Source of the DNA: Phycisphaerae bacterium
Lineage (GTDB): Bacteria; Planctomycetota; Phycisphaerae; UBA1845; PWPN01
Assembly: GCA_045863575.1 (NCBI GenBank)
Contig: BTUC01000001.1
Span: 1-60,123 of the forward strand
Reading direction: 5' to 3'
Length of the DNA: 60,123 bases
Numbering within the stretch: position 1 is the first letter of the stretch; each line of letters starts with the position of its first letter. This document shows, in pieces, positions 1-9,048 of this stretch. Position numbers and translations under genes: made by a program. Below the pieces are notes generated by a model, which was not told the origin of the DNA, ran no database searches, and was given only the letters and a program-made list of their open reading frames with translations.

Positions 1-1749
1 GCCGGCACGAAGTACCGCGGCCAGTTCGAGGAGCGGATCAAGGCGGTCATGAACGAGGTCCGCCGGGCCCGCAACGTCATCCTGTTCATCGACGAGCTGC
101 ACACGCTGGTCGGGGCGGGCGGCGCCGAGGGCGCCATCGACGCGTCCAACGTGCTCAAGCCGGCCCTCTCCCGCGGTGAGATCCAGTGCATCGGTGCGAC
201 CACGCTGGACGAATACCGCAAGTACATCGAGAAGGACGGCGCTCTCGAGCGTCGTTTCCAGCAGATCATCGTCGAGCCGCCCAGCCGTGATGAGACCACG
301 CTCATCCTGCAGGGTCTGCGCGACCGCTACGAGGCCCACCACCGCGTTCAGATCACCGACGAGGCGATCGGCGCGGCCGTCGAGCTGTCCAACCGCTATA
401 TCAGCGGCCGGGTCCAGCCTGACAAGGCTATCGACGTGATCGACGAGGCCGGGGCCTCCATCCGCCTCAAGAGCATGACCAAGCCGCCGAATCTCGCCGA
501 AATCGAGCGCGAGATCGAAAAGCTGCTCATGGAGAAGGACGAGGCGGTCAAGAACGCCGACTATGAACGGGCCGCGGAACTCCGCGACAAGGCCGAAGTG
601 GCCAAGGCCCGCAAGGAAGAGATGCAGCGGGAATGGCGCGACCGGGCCAAGGAAGTGGACGGTATCGTCGATGAGGAAACCATCGCCGAGGTCGTCTCGC
701 GCATGACCGGCGTGCCGCTGACCCGGCTGGAGAAGGACGAGATTGAGCGGCTCATCCGGCTGGAGGACGAGCTTCACAAGCGCGTCGTCAGCCAGGACGA
801 GGCCGTCCGCGCCGTCGCCCGGGCCGTACGCCGCTCCCGTAGCGGCCTCAAGGACCCGAACCGCCCGATGGGCAGCTTCATCTTCATCGGGCCGTCCGGC
901 GTCGGTAAAACGTACCTGGCCAAGTGCCTGGCCGAGTTCATGTTCGGCAACGAGGACGCCCTCGTGATCCTGGACATGTCCGAGTTCATGGAGAAGCACA
1001 ACGTGTCGCGGCTGATCGGCGCACCTCCGGGCTACGTCGGTTACGAGGAGGGCGGCCAGCTCACCGAGCGCATCCGCCGCCGGCCGTACAGCGTCGTACT
1101 GCTCGATGAAATCGAGAAGGCCCACCCCGACGTCTTCAACATGCTGCTGCAGATCATGGAGGAAGGCCGGCTGACCGACTCGTTCGGGCGGCACGTGGAC
1201 TTCAAGAACACCATCCTGATCATGACCAGCAACATCGGCGCCGACCGGATCACCAACCAGGCTGACTTCGGCTTCGGCAAGCGCGATGAGAACGTCAGCT
1301 ACGAGAAGATGAAGACAGTTTTGCACACGGAAGTGGAGCGCTACTTCCGGCCGGAATTCATCAACCGCGTGGACGAGCTGGTGGTCTTCCGCAAACTCAA
1401 CCATGACGATCTCATCCGCATCGTCGAGCTGGAGGTGGGCAAGGTGATCAAGCGGCTGGCCGAGCGCGGCCTGACTCTCGAACTCGATCAGTCGGCCAAG
1501 GACTTCCTGATCGAGCAGGGAACCGACGAGAAGTTCGGCGCGCGTCCGCTGCGTCGGGCCATTGAGAACCGGGTCGAGGACCCGCTGTCCGAGGCCATCC
1601 TCCGCGGCGAGTACAAGGGCAAGAACCGCATCCTGGTCTCTACCCGGGAGGACGCCGACGGCGAGAAGAAGCTGACCTTCGAGGGCGTCACCGACGAGAC
1701 CGCCGCGGGCGCGGCCCCGGTTGGCGCTGGTGCAGTCGAGGGCACCTGA
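1..1749 (+). CDS. clpC: ATP-dependent Clp protease ATP-binding subunit ClpC (5' end cut by window edge)
   Basis: Frame +1 is open from nt 1 ([16 protein letters not shown]...). It contains the end of the AAA+ D1 module, a short UVR-like middle motif ([14 protein letters not shown]), and a full D2 module with Walker A GPSGVGKT, Walker [12 protein letters not shown] and GARPLRR. Confidence 0.9.
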   Translation, partial: AGTKYRGQFEERIKAVMNEVRRARNVILFIDELHTLVGAGGAEGAIDASNVLKPALSRGEIQCIGATTLDEYRKYIEKDGALERRFQQIIVEPPSRDETTLILQGLRDRYEAHHRVQITDEAIGAAVELSNRYISGRVQPDKAIDVIDEAGASIRLKSMTKPPNLAEIEREIEKLLMEKDEAVKNADYERAAELRDKAEVAKARKEEMQREWRDRAKEVDGIVDEETIAEVVSRMTGVPLTRLEKDEIERLIRLEDELHKRVVSQDEAVRAVARAVRRSRSGLKDPNRPMGSFIFIGPSGVGKTYLAKCLAEFMFGNEDALVILDMSEFMEKHNVSRLIGAPPGYVGYEEGGQLTERIRRRPYSVVLLDEIEKAHPDVFNMLLQIMEEGRLTDSFGRHVDFKNTILIMTSNIGADRITNQADFGFGKRDENVSYEKMKTVLHTEVERYFRPEFINRVDELVVFRKLNHDDLIRIVELEVGKVIKRLAERGLTLELDQSAKDFLIEQGTDEKFGARPLRRAIENRVEDPLSEAILRGEYKGKNRILVSTREDADGEKKLTFEGVTDETAAGAAPVGAGAVEGT

Positions 1750-1788
1750 GCCTCGCCCCTCAGCATCGACGAGACAGAGTGATTCCCC

Positions 1789-1825
1789 GAGCCCACGACC
1801 CGAACGGTTGTGGGCTCTTTCTATT
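1789..1825 (+). terminator. Rho-independent terminator downstream of clpC (overlaps the 3' end of the convergent gene)
   Basis: A 12-bp stem pairs gagcccacgacc with ggttgtgggctc (one G-U pair), with a 5-nt loop, followed by tttctatt. Confidence 0.6.
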
Positions 1826-3458
1826 CCGCCGCAGCCGCAGATCGAAAGGGAGATACGTCCGCGGCTCCACCTCGCGGAGCCGATCGGCGCGCGGGGAAGG
1901 TGGCAGTCCAAACACCCAGAGCCAGCGCCAAGCCCGCCTGCAACCCCCACCAGCGGGCCTCTCGTGACCCGAGCAGCAGCAGTCCGGCCAGCCAGCCGAC
2001 CTGCAGGAAAGCCGCCGTCCGCCAGGGATGGCCACGGAGCCGGTCCGCGTAGGATTGCATGGCCATCAGTACGGCCGCCGGCAGCAGGAGCACGAAATAG
2101 TGCGTCCAGAAGACGGGTACGAACGCGATCACGCTGGCCAGCCATGCGGACCACTCCCCCAGGCCGATGTCCTCGCTCCGTCGTCTCCACGCAATGGCCG
2201 TCAGACACAGCAGCAGCGCCAATGCCAGCCCTCGGTACGCCCACTTGGCCTGATCCAGCGTCAGCCGGAGCCAAGGCTCATGCACCCGCCCCTGCCACTC
2301 GAGGGGCGTGGTCAGCCGCCGGACCACCACCGCGAGACTCTGATTGTTGTGGCGATGGAACTCGTTGGTGTGCGGCGTGAAGGCCACGCCGCCGCCCGCC
2401 TCGCCGACCGGTGCGGATCCCGGAACGCCTGCACCTTCGGCGACATCGGCGGCCAGGTTTTTCCCGCTCGTTTCAGCCCACCACTGGCGGTGGGCCTCAA
2501 TGGTCCCCCGCCCACCCAGGCCGGCCAGGCTCAGGCCTCCGGCCAGCAGCAGGAAGGAAACGACCAAGCCGACGATTGCCCGCCAACGGGCTTTCATCAG
2601 CAGGGGCACGATAAAGATCAGAGGATACAGCTTGATGGTCGCCGCCAGTCCCAAGAGGGCCCCAGACCACAGATCCCGACGGCGCGTCAGCGATCGAAAC
2701 GCCCACACGCAGAGGAAGAGCACAAGAATATTAACCTGCCCGAGCGAGAGGGTTCCACTGGCATAGGGCAGCACAAGCACGAAGGGCCACACCCATCGAA
2801 TCACTGGAGGCAGGTCTTCTGCCGATGGGACCGCCGTGGCGGGCGCAGTCTGGACCTGACCATCCCCAGCCAGATGTAGCGGCCGGCCTCCGTGCTTCGC
2901 ACCGGCGTAGCCGGGCTCCGCCCTGGCGAAGCCGTGCCGGCCGTCAGTTGCACGATTCTCCCCGCCTACCGGCATGTCCAGCATCGTCGACGCCGCGTCG
3001 GATTCGTCTGCCTGGATCGCCGAGGAGCCAAACGGCCGGCACGGAAACCCGCCGCTACCCGGGGCGACAGTGGGTGACACGGACAGCCACGCCTGCCGGA
3101 CCGACTCGCGGACGGCCAGAACGAGCAGACCCACGTTCAAGGTGGCCCACAGTGGCGCGGTTACCGCCAGCGGCCACGCCACCAACGGGGCCATCAAGAC
3201 CACGAAGGCTGGTAAATAGTGCCGGACCCCGTACTGCTGGGTGAATTCGCCGGTTTGCCACCAGTGAAGACTGCTGTGGTGGAAGCAGAGGAGATCGGCG
3301 TGACCCACAAACGCCCGCCAGGCGGCGTAGCCGATCTGGCCGACGGCGACCAGCAGCCCGACGGTGAGCCACACGTGGGCCTGCCGCCGGTCGCGGGCTG
3401 TCGGATCACCGGTCGCGCAGGTCAGGACAACGGCTGGTTCACGTTCACCCGTGGGCAC
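1821..3458 (-). CDS. Polytopic membrane protein, DUF2029/GT87-like (GT-C type) glycosyltransferase
   Basis: It has many hydrophobic helices. Motifs such as LGQVNILVLFLCVWAF and ATIKLYPLIFIVPLL are typical of the DUF2029/GT87 mannosyltransferase-like family. A low-complexity loop lies in the middle. Confidence 0.5.
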   Translation of the reverse strand: MPTGEREPAVVLTCATGDPTARDRRQAHVWLTVGLLVAVGQIGYAAWRAFVGHADLLCFHHSSLHWWQTGEFTQQYGVRHYLPAFVVLMAPLVAWPLAVTAPLWATLNVGLLVLAVRESVRQAWLSVSPTVAPGSGGFPCRPFGSSAIQADESDAASTMLDMPVGGENRATDGRHGFARAEPGYAGAKHGGRPLHLAGDGQVQTAPATAVPSAEDLPPVIRWVWPFVLVLPYASGTLSLGQVNILVLFLCVWAFRSLTRRRDLWSGALLGLAATIKLYPLIFIVPLLMKARWRAIVGLVVSFLLLAGGLSLAGLGGRGTIEAHRQWWAETSGKNLAADVAEGAGVPGSAPVGEAGGGVAFTPHTNEFHRHNNQSLAVVVRRLTTPLEWQGRVHEPWLRLTLDQAKWAYRGLALALLLCLTAIAWRRRSEDIGLGEWSAWLASVIAFVPVFWTHYFVLLLPAAVLMAMQSYADRLRGHPWRTAAFLQVGWLAGLLLLGSREARWWGLQAGLALALGVWTATFPARRSAPRGGAADVSPFRSAAAAE

Positions 3459-3480
3459 AGTCCTTTGCGGGGGCGGGCTG

Positions 3481-4425
3481 TCAAACCTTCACGACGCTGG
3501 CAACCTGGGCCACGAAGTCCTTGCAGGACTGCTCGATGCACTTCTCCCACTCAGAGGGGAAGCGCTCGATATACTTCATGTCCTCATAAGCGTAGATGAC
3601 GCTGCGGGAGGCAGTCACGATCGCGCCTGTCCCGTCTGACTTGAACAGTGGGGCCACGTCCGCGGCCGTAGCACCCTGGGCTCCGTAGCCGGGGACCAGC
3701 AGCAGACTCTGCGGCATCATGCCGCGCAGCCGTACGGCGGTATCCTTATCCCGGGCGGCCACGACCGCTCCGACACAACTGTAGCCGCTGGAACCGACCA
3801 GGTCCTCCTCGCGAGCCCAGCCGGCCACGACCTGGGCAATGTGCTCGGCCACGGTCAGCCCCCCCTCGAGCTTGGCGTTCTGGATCTGATCGGCCGATTC
3901 GTTGCTCGTCCGCACGAGGACGAAGACGCCCTTCCCCTCGGTGCGGGCCACGTCGATGAACGGCTTCACGCCATCGAGCCCGAAATAAGGGGAGACCGTG
4001 ACGGCGTCCGGACTGGACAGCTCGAGATCGGAGAAACTGGGCTTGGCCAAGGCGGCCTGGGCGTATAACTCGGCGGTAGAACCGATGTCGCCGCGCTTGG
4101 AGTCGCCGATCACCATCAGGTCGGCGCTGTCCGCCTCCTCGATCAGTTCGTAGTAACCCTCGACACCCTCCGAGTAGTAGCGCTCAAAAAAAGCGCTGTT
4201 GATCTTGACCATCGGCACGTAGGGGGCCACCAGCCGGATCACGCGACGGCAGAACTCCAGGACAGCATCCAGAGCAGCCTCGGAGTCCTCCGCATCGTTC
4301 AGGTCCCGGTGCTCGGCGATTTCCGCCGGCAGGCGGTCGTAGAGGGGGTCAATACCCACGCACGTGGGGCTTTTTTTGGCTTTGATCCTGGCCAGGAGTT
4401 CATCGGCAAAGTGCTGCTGGGGCAC
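3481..4425 (-). CDS. pyrF: Orotidine 5'-phosphate decarboxylase, type 2
   Basis: Motifs CVGIDP, KINSAFFE, VIGDSKRGDIGST, VTVSPYFG, VLVRTSN and PGYGAQG are present, and the ~314-aa length is typical of long-form PyrF. Confidence 0.9.
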   Translation of the reverse strand: MPQQHFADELLARIKAKKSPTCVGIDPLYDRLPAEIAEHRDLNDAEDSEAALDAVLEFCRRVIRLVAPYVPMVKINSAFFERYYSEGVEGYYELIEEADSADLMVIGDSKRGDIGSTAELYAQAALAKPSFSDLELSSPDAVTVSPYFGLDGVKPFIDVARTEGKGVFVLVRTSNESADQIQNAKLEGGLTVAEHIAQVVAGWAREEDLVGSSGYSCVGAVVAARDKDTAVRLRGMMPQSLLLVPGYGAQGATAADVAPLFKSDGTGAIVTASRSVIYAYEDMKYIERFPSEWEKCIEQSCKDFVAQVASVVKV

Positions 4426-4604
4426 GGGTTCTCCCTTTCATCTGGCTGTTTCGTAGCGAATGCATCTCGCGTCAATGCTTGATTTTCCGAAGTGTAGCCA
4501 GCCCCTTTGGCCCCTGCAAGGCCGGTCGAGAAAAATCGAGCACCTGCACGGTGCTTATCCATTGGCCTGAGCCGTACAATGTGAGCCAGCGATGGAGAAC
4601 GGTC

Positions 4605-6125
4605 ATGGCCGGCAGGCCTAAAAAACGCAAACGCGGCCTGAAGCGCGTCGAGTTTCGACCCAACCGTCAACAACCCGGACGACGGAAGCGGTTCGTCATG
4701 CCCGAGCACGACGACAAGACCGCTGATCTGCCCTCGGGGGAATCTGTCCGTGCCAAGGGGGATCTCTCACGCAAACGGACGGTGCTGGACCGCGATGTCG
4801 AGCCGGACGACAGCCTGCGTCTGCGCGGGACGGCGGTGTCCGTATTGGGCCAGTACGTGGAGGTGGACGACGGCACCCGCATTCACCTCTGCACCATCCG
4901 CCGCATTCTCCGAACACGGTTGATCGAGGAGCGCAGCCCCGTCGTCGTCGGCGACGAGGTCATCTTCTCCCCCATCCGGGCCTCCCTCAGAGCCCCGAGC
5001 GCCAGCGAGGGGGTTGGCGACCGAGGAGCAACGATGGGAGAAGGTGCCTACAGGAAGGCAACGGGAGAAACGCAAAGCCCGGTGCCTGCCAAGCCCCCAC
5101 CCCAGCCCTCCCCCGGAGTACCGGGGGAGGGAGACGGAGCCCCGAGCGCCAGCGAGGAGGCCACCCTCCGCGCCCCGCGCGCCAGCGAGGGGGAGCCCGC
5201 CCGAGGGGACGCCTCATTCGAACCGCCCGCGAGCAAGCAGGCATCGCCCGCCCCCGACCCGCAGACCTCGCCCGTCTTTGAGCCCCCCACCCGTGACCGG
5301 GTAAGCACCCGCGAACCTGCGGTCGGACGTTCGCGAACCTCCGGTGACTCCGGTGACCTCGTCATCGAAGGGGTCATCCAGGAAGTACTCCCGCGGCGCA
5401 CCGTGCTCAAGCGAAGCGATGGACGTCGCACCCACGTCATCGCCGCCAACGTCGAGCAGGCCGTCATCGTCTCGTCGGTGCGCGAGCCGATGATCAAGCC
5501 GCATCTCATCGACCGCTACCTGGTGGCGGCCCACGCCGGAGGTCTACGCGGCATTATCTGCATCAACAAAGTCGATCTCGATGAGTACGACGAGGCCGGC
5601 GAGATCGCCGAACGCTACGGCCGTCTGGGCTACCAGGTACTGGCCACCAGCACGCAAACCGGCCAGGGCATCGAAGAACTGAAGGCCGCCCTCGCCGGGC
5701 GCGTGACCATCGTCTCCGGGCAGAGCGGCGTCGGAAAAAGTTCGCTGCTCAACGCGGTTCACCCGGCCTGGAGGCTCAAGACCGCGGAAGTCTCCGACGC
5801 CACAGAAAAGGGCCGGCACACGACGACCACGTCCGTCTGGCTCAAGCTGAACAGCGGCGGTGCGGTGGTGGACACACCCGGCATTCGCGCGCTGGACGTG
5901 GCCATGGTGCCGCTGGCCGAGCTGGAGATGCACTTCGTGGAGTTCGACGAGGTCGCGAAGAAGTGCCGGTTCCCCAACTGCGCCCACATCCAAGAGACCG
6001 GCTGCGCGGTAAAGACGGCCGTCGAGGCCGGCGAAATCGATCCCTCGCGCTATGAGAGTTATCTGCAACTCTTCATGGAGCTCAGCGAAGTCCAACTCCG
6101 CCAGCGCGGCATCCTCTCGGACTGA
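4605..6125 (+). CDS. rsgA: Ribosome small-subunit-dependent GTPase RsgA (YjeQ) with a ~130-aa low-complexity insertion in the OB domain
   Basis: It shows the circularly permuted GTPase order: NKVDL (G4), then GQSGVGKSSLLN (G1), then DTPG (G3). The C-terminal zinc knuckle is CRFPNCAHIQETGCAV. The start was chosen at ATG 4605 (MAGRPKKRKRG, basic N-tail). The ORF track starts at 4479. Confidence 0.85.
   Translation: MAGRPKKRKRGLKRVEFRPNRQQPGRRKRFVMPEHDDKTADLPSGESVRAKGDLSRKRTVLDRDVEPDDSLRLRGTAVSVLGQYVEVDDGTRIHLCTIRRILRTRLIEERSPVVVGDEVIFSPIRASLRAPSASEGVGDRGATMGEGAYRKATGETQSPVPAKPPPQPSPGVPGEGDGAPSASEEATLRAPRASEGEPARGDASFEPPASKQASPAPDPQTSPVFEPPTRDRVSTREPAVGRSRTSGDSGDLVIEGVIQEVLPRRTVLKRSDGRRTHVIAANVEQAVIVSSVREPMIKPHLIDRYLVAAHAGGLRGIICINKVDLDEYDEAGEIAERYGRLGYQVLATSTQTGQGIEELKAALAGRVTIVSGQSGVGKSSLLNAVHPAWRLKTAEVSDATEKGRHTTTTSVWLKLNSGGAVVDTPGIRALDVAMVPLAELEMHFVEFDEVAKKCRFPNCAHIQETGCAVKTAVEAGEIDPSRYESYLQLFMELSEVQLRQRGILSD
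5084..5132. repeat. Dispersed palindromic REP-like element, copy inside the rsgA CDS
   Basis: A perfect 11-bp inverted repeat ccctcccccgg-agta-ccgggggaggg lies at 5106-5131. About 44 nt match the reverse complement of 53021-53073 with 3 mismatches by hand alignment. Confidence 0.7.
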
Positions 6126-6157
6126 CCGCCACTTCCGTTTCGGCACCCATGTCGTAG

Positions 6158-6179
6158 CGGCCGGCGTGCCTGCCGGCCG
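6158..6179. repeat. GC-rich hairpin element (left copy)
   Basis: The sequence is cggccggc-gtgcct-gccggccg. Its reverse complement recurs at 6407-6428 with a single loop difference. Confidence 0.7.
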
Positions 6180-6347
6180 TTGGCTAAAAGACGGCTGATT
6201 TCTCTGGAGGCCGTTGGTTAGAAGACGCCCGACTTCTCTCTCGGCCGGTGATTAAGAGACGGCCGACGTCTCTCTCGGCCGTTGATTAAAGGACGCCCGA
6301 CGTCTCTCTCGGCCGTTCATTAGAGAAGGCGGCCGACGTCGGTCTCC
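6175..6347. repeat. Tandem array of a 34-bp unit (4 full copies plus 1 degenerate copy)
   Basis: Units start at 6175, 6209, 6243, 6277 and 6311 with consensus ggccgttgattaaagacgNccgacgtctctctc. The period is exactly 34 nt. Units 2-4 contain a short internal hairpin (for example agagacg-gccga-cgtctct). Confidence 0.85.
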
Positions 6348-6378
6348 CCCCCTTTTGAAGGGGGGGCAGGGGGGGTAT
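6345..6378. repeat. C-run/G-run hairpin element ('PPFKGG'-type)
   Basis: The sequence is tcccccccttttgaaggggggcagggggggtatggg. A similar pattern occurs at 49083-49139. Confidence 0.5.
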
Positions 6379-6406
6379 GGGATACCACGGATGATCCATG
6401 CGCCGA

Positions 6407-6428
6407 ACGGCCGGCAGGGACGCCGGCC
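6407..6428. repeat. GC-rich hairpin element (right copy, inverted relative to 6158-6179)
   Basis: The sequence is cggccggc-agggac-gccggccg. Confidence 0.7.
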
Positions 6429-6466
6429 GCTGCATAGGATCAAGCAGTTGCCAGATGGAGTGGCAC

Positions 6467-8035
6467 CTACAGCAGGAACACCAGCGTCACCAGGATGAAC
6501 AGGGGGATGAGGATCCCCACGCTGTAGATCATGTACCCGAAGAAGCTCGGCATCTTCACGCCGGCCTGCTCGGCGATGCTCTTGACCATGAAGTTGGGGC
6601 CGTTGCCGATGTAGGTGTTCGCGCCCATGAACACGGCGCCCAGCGAGATGGCCACCAGCAGTGCCTCGCTGATGAAGTTCCCGTCGGTGAGTTGGATGAT
6701 GCCCGGTCCGGGGGCGGTGGTCATCGAATTCGCGGTCGTGAAGAACACCACATAGGTCGGGGCATTGTCCAGGAAGCTCGACAGTGCACCGGTGGCCCAG
6801 AAGAACTGCCACGGTTTCTCGAGGCCCAGCTTGGGGCCTTCGATGTGCAGGATTTCGATCGGCGCCTGCATGGTGATGAAGATGCCCACGAACAGCACGG
6901 CCACCTCGGTGATCGCAAAGAAATCGAACTGGTTCTGTTGGCGAATGATTGGAGACGTCGTGAACCAGGCCACGGCCACGAAGCCCAGCATGACGGCCTC
7001 GCGGAAGAAGTAATCCGGAACCTGCCAGGAAGTACCCGGGAAGGGCTTGCCCGGCACGATCATCGCGACCGCCAGCACCACGCCCAGCAGCCACACGAAA
7101 TTGAGCGTGCCCCGGATCCGCAACGGCTCGATCAGGGTTTCGTCGAGCATGCGGTCCAGCGGCGGCTCCTTCTTGTGCATCCGCTTGTCCCACAGGTAGT
7201 AAACCAGCAGCAGGACGCCGGTCATCACTGCCCACTCGATGACCAGACGGAAAGTCCACAGAAACGGAACGCCCTTCAGATAGCCCAGGAAGAGCGGCGG
7301 ATCACCGATAGGCAGCAGGCAGCCACCGATATTGCTGACCAGGAAAATGAAGAAAATCACCGTGTGCTTCACGTGTTCGCGCTCGCGATTCGTCTGCAAC
7401 AGGGGCCGGATCAGCAGCATCGACGCACCGGTGGTGCCCACAAAACTGGCGATGGCCGCCCCAATGCCCAGGAAGGCCGTATTCACCGCCGGGGTCGCCT
7501 GCACGTCACCCCGAAGCTGAATCCCCCCGCACACGGTGTACAGACAGAACAGCAGTACGATGAACGGGATGTATTCATCCAGCAGCGCGTGCTTGAGCAC
7601 GGTCTGAACCGTCTCCACGCCCGGAGCGGTCACATGCTCCCCGTGGGCCACTCCCGTGCCGCGCATGAAGTAATAGCTCACCGTAATCAACGCGAGGACG
7701 GCGGCGACGATCAGCTTGTTGCGATTGTGATGCCACCAGTGCTCCGTCTTGTGGATCAGCGGGAGAAAGGCGATGGCCAACAGAATGGCGGCGAACGGCA
7801 GGGCCGCCACCAGCGAGGGAGCCGCGTGTACCGCGTGCCCGCCGGTCTGGGCGTCATGCCCGTCGGCAGGGTGCTCCGGATCCGGATGCTCCGCAGCCAC
7901 TTCCTCCGCCGGCGCTGGCCGTGTGGCGGGGACATCCTGCCCCCAAGCCGGAACCGGACCAGCCAGGACCGAGATCACCAGAAGGCAAAGCGCTCCCGAC
8001 GCAGTGAATCGAATGGTATTCATGGGGGAATTCAT
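6467..8035 (-). CDS. Polytopic ion transporter, NhaD/ArsB/CitMHS-superfamily (putative sodium:proton antiporter type)
   Basis: It has more than 10 predicted TM helices. The C-terminal motif GANTYIGNGPNFMVKSIAE is characteristic of this permease group. The N-terminus has a signal-like segment plus a His-rich stretch. The start was chosen at ATG 8035 (MNSPMNTIRF). The ORF track extends to a TTG at 8140. Confidence 0.55.
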   Translation of the reverse strand: MNSPMNTIRFTASGALCLLVISVLAGPVPAWGQDVPATRPAPAEEVAAEHPDPEHPADGHDAQTGGHAVHAAPSLVAALPFAAILLAIAFLPLIHKTEHWWHHNRNKLIVAAVLALITVSYYFMRGTGVAHGEHVTAPGVETVQTVLKHALLDEYIPFIVLLFCLYTVCGGIQLRGDVQATPAVNTAFLGIGAAIASFVGTTGASMLLIRPLLQTNREREHVKHTVIFFIFLVSNIGGCLLPIGDPPLFLGYLKGVPFLWTFRLVIEWAVMTGVLLLVYYLWDKRMHKKEPPLDRMLDETLIEPLRIRGTLNFVWLLGVVLAVAMIVPGKPFPGTSWQVPDYFFREAVMLGFVAVAWFTTSPIIRQQNQFDFFAITEVAVLFVGIFITMQAPIEILHIEGPKLGLEKPWQFFWATGALSSFLDNAPTYVVFFTTANSMTTAPGPGIIQLTDGNFISEALLVAISLGAVFMGANTYIGNGPNFMVKSIAEQAGVKMPSFFGYMIYSVGILIPLFILVTLVFLL

Positions 8036-8257
8036 CGGCAAAATCAGTTCCAGGCGAAAGCTCGGCGCTTCGTGCGTTTCGGAGGGACTCAACTCCTGAG
8101 CGACCGGGCGCTCGTCGGCCCGGTGGGCCGGAACCACCAAGACACTGCCAAGACCGGACAGACAGTTTCCTCCCGGCCGACGCAGCAGTAGAATCCTATC
8201 CCATCGGGCGTTATCCTGCGATAAGGTGAATGCCCGCCCCCGGAGTCACAGAATCGC

Positions 8258-8803
8258 ATGTTTTTCTCATCCTGGCTTACGCAGTCGATCCACGGGCGAC
8301 GGAAGCTCGCCATCGCAGGCTTGTTAAGCTGGATATTCTGCGCCGGCTGCGGACAAGCGGACGTGGCCGCAAACAATCAGTACTCACGCGACAGACTTGA
8401 TGCCATGCAGACCGCCCGAATCACTGTGGATGGCCAAACGTTCGAGGTCTGGCTGGCCACCAACCGGCAACAGCGGGAAAAGGGCTTGATGGAGGTCACG
8501 GAAGAGCAATTGGCGCCCGTTTCAAACAGCGTGTACCGGGGGATGCTTTTCGTCTTCCCGGATGAGCAGGACCTGGCCTTCTGGATGTTGAATACCATCA
8601 CCCCGCTCGATATCGCCTACATCAACGGAGCGGGCCGCATCGTCCGGACCTACACCATGGCGCCCCTGGAGACGCGTCTCTACCATTCCGTCGAGCCGGC
8701 CCGATTCGCCCTCGAGGTGCGGGCGGGGCTGTTCGAGCAACTCGGCATTGCCGCAGGCGACCAGGTCGATATCGATTCCTCGCTCGCCGATTCGGCACAA
8801 TAA
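8258..8803 (+). CDS. DUF192 (COG1430) family protein, probably exported
   Basis: The DUF192 pattern is VWLATNRQQREKGLM...GMLFVF...FWMLNTITPLDIAYI...FALEVRAGLFEQLGIAAGDQV. The N-terminus is hydrophobic and ends in CAGC. Confidence 0.75.
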   Translation: MFFSSWLTQSIHGRRKLAIAGLLSWIFCAGCGQADVAANNQYSRDRLDAMQTARITVDGQTFEVWLATNRQQREKGLMEVTEEQLAPVSNSVYRGMLFVFPDEQDLAFWMLNTITPLDIAYINGAGRIVRTYTMAPLETRLYHSVEPARFALEVRAGLFEQLGIAAGDQVDIDSSLADSAQ

Positions 8804-9048
8804 CCGTCATCGGGACCACAACCGCCCCCTTAGACCAGGCCAAAATCAACATAACCTAATAATATGTATTAACTTACAGACATTTCTCGCACATACTAGG
8901 AGAGGCTTGCATCAAGGTTCAGAGCGATCAGCCACCTGGGTCTCCATAGTCTCCTGAACTCACGGGCCCCCCTAGCCGATCATGGCCTTGGGCTCAGCGT
9001 TTTCTGGCCTCCTGGAGAACGACCCTGTCGCAGCTATCCCCAGAACTG

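Noticed and set aside
6175-6347. Possible CRISPR array (regular ~34-bp repeats).
   Set aside because: The units are directly adjacent with no unique spacers between them, only about 5 copies exist, and no cas genes are nearby. It is a tandem minisatellite, not a CRISPR array.
6398-8191. Very long antisense ORFs. Examples are 6398..8191 (+), 15525..17705 (+), 21949..23853 (-), 32731..34302 (+), 35984..36994 (+), 41002..42429 and 41522..42973 (-), 49089..50603 (-) and 57764..58828 (-).
   Set aside because: Each lies opposite a gene with clear family motifs. Their translations are Arg/Gly/Pro/His/Ala-rich low-complexity strings without motifs, signal peptides or plausible starts. Open antisense frames are expected in ~65 % GC DNA because stop codons are AT-rich.
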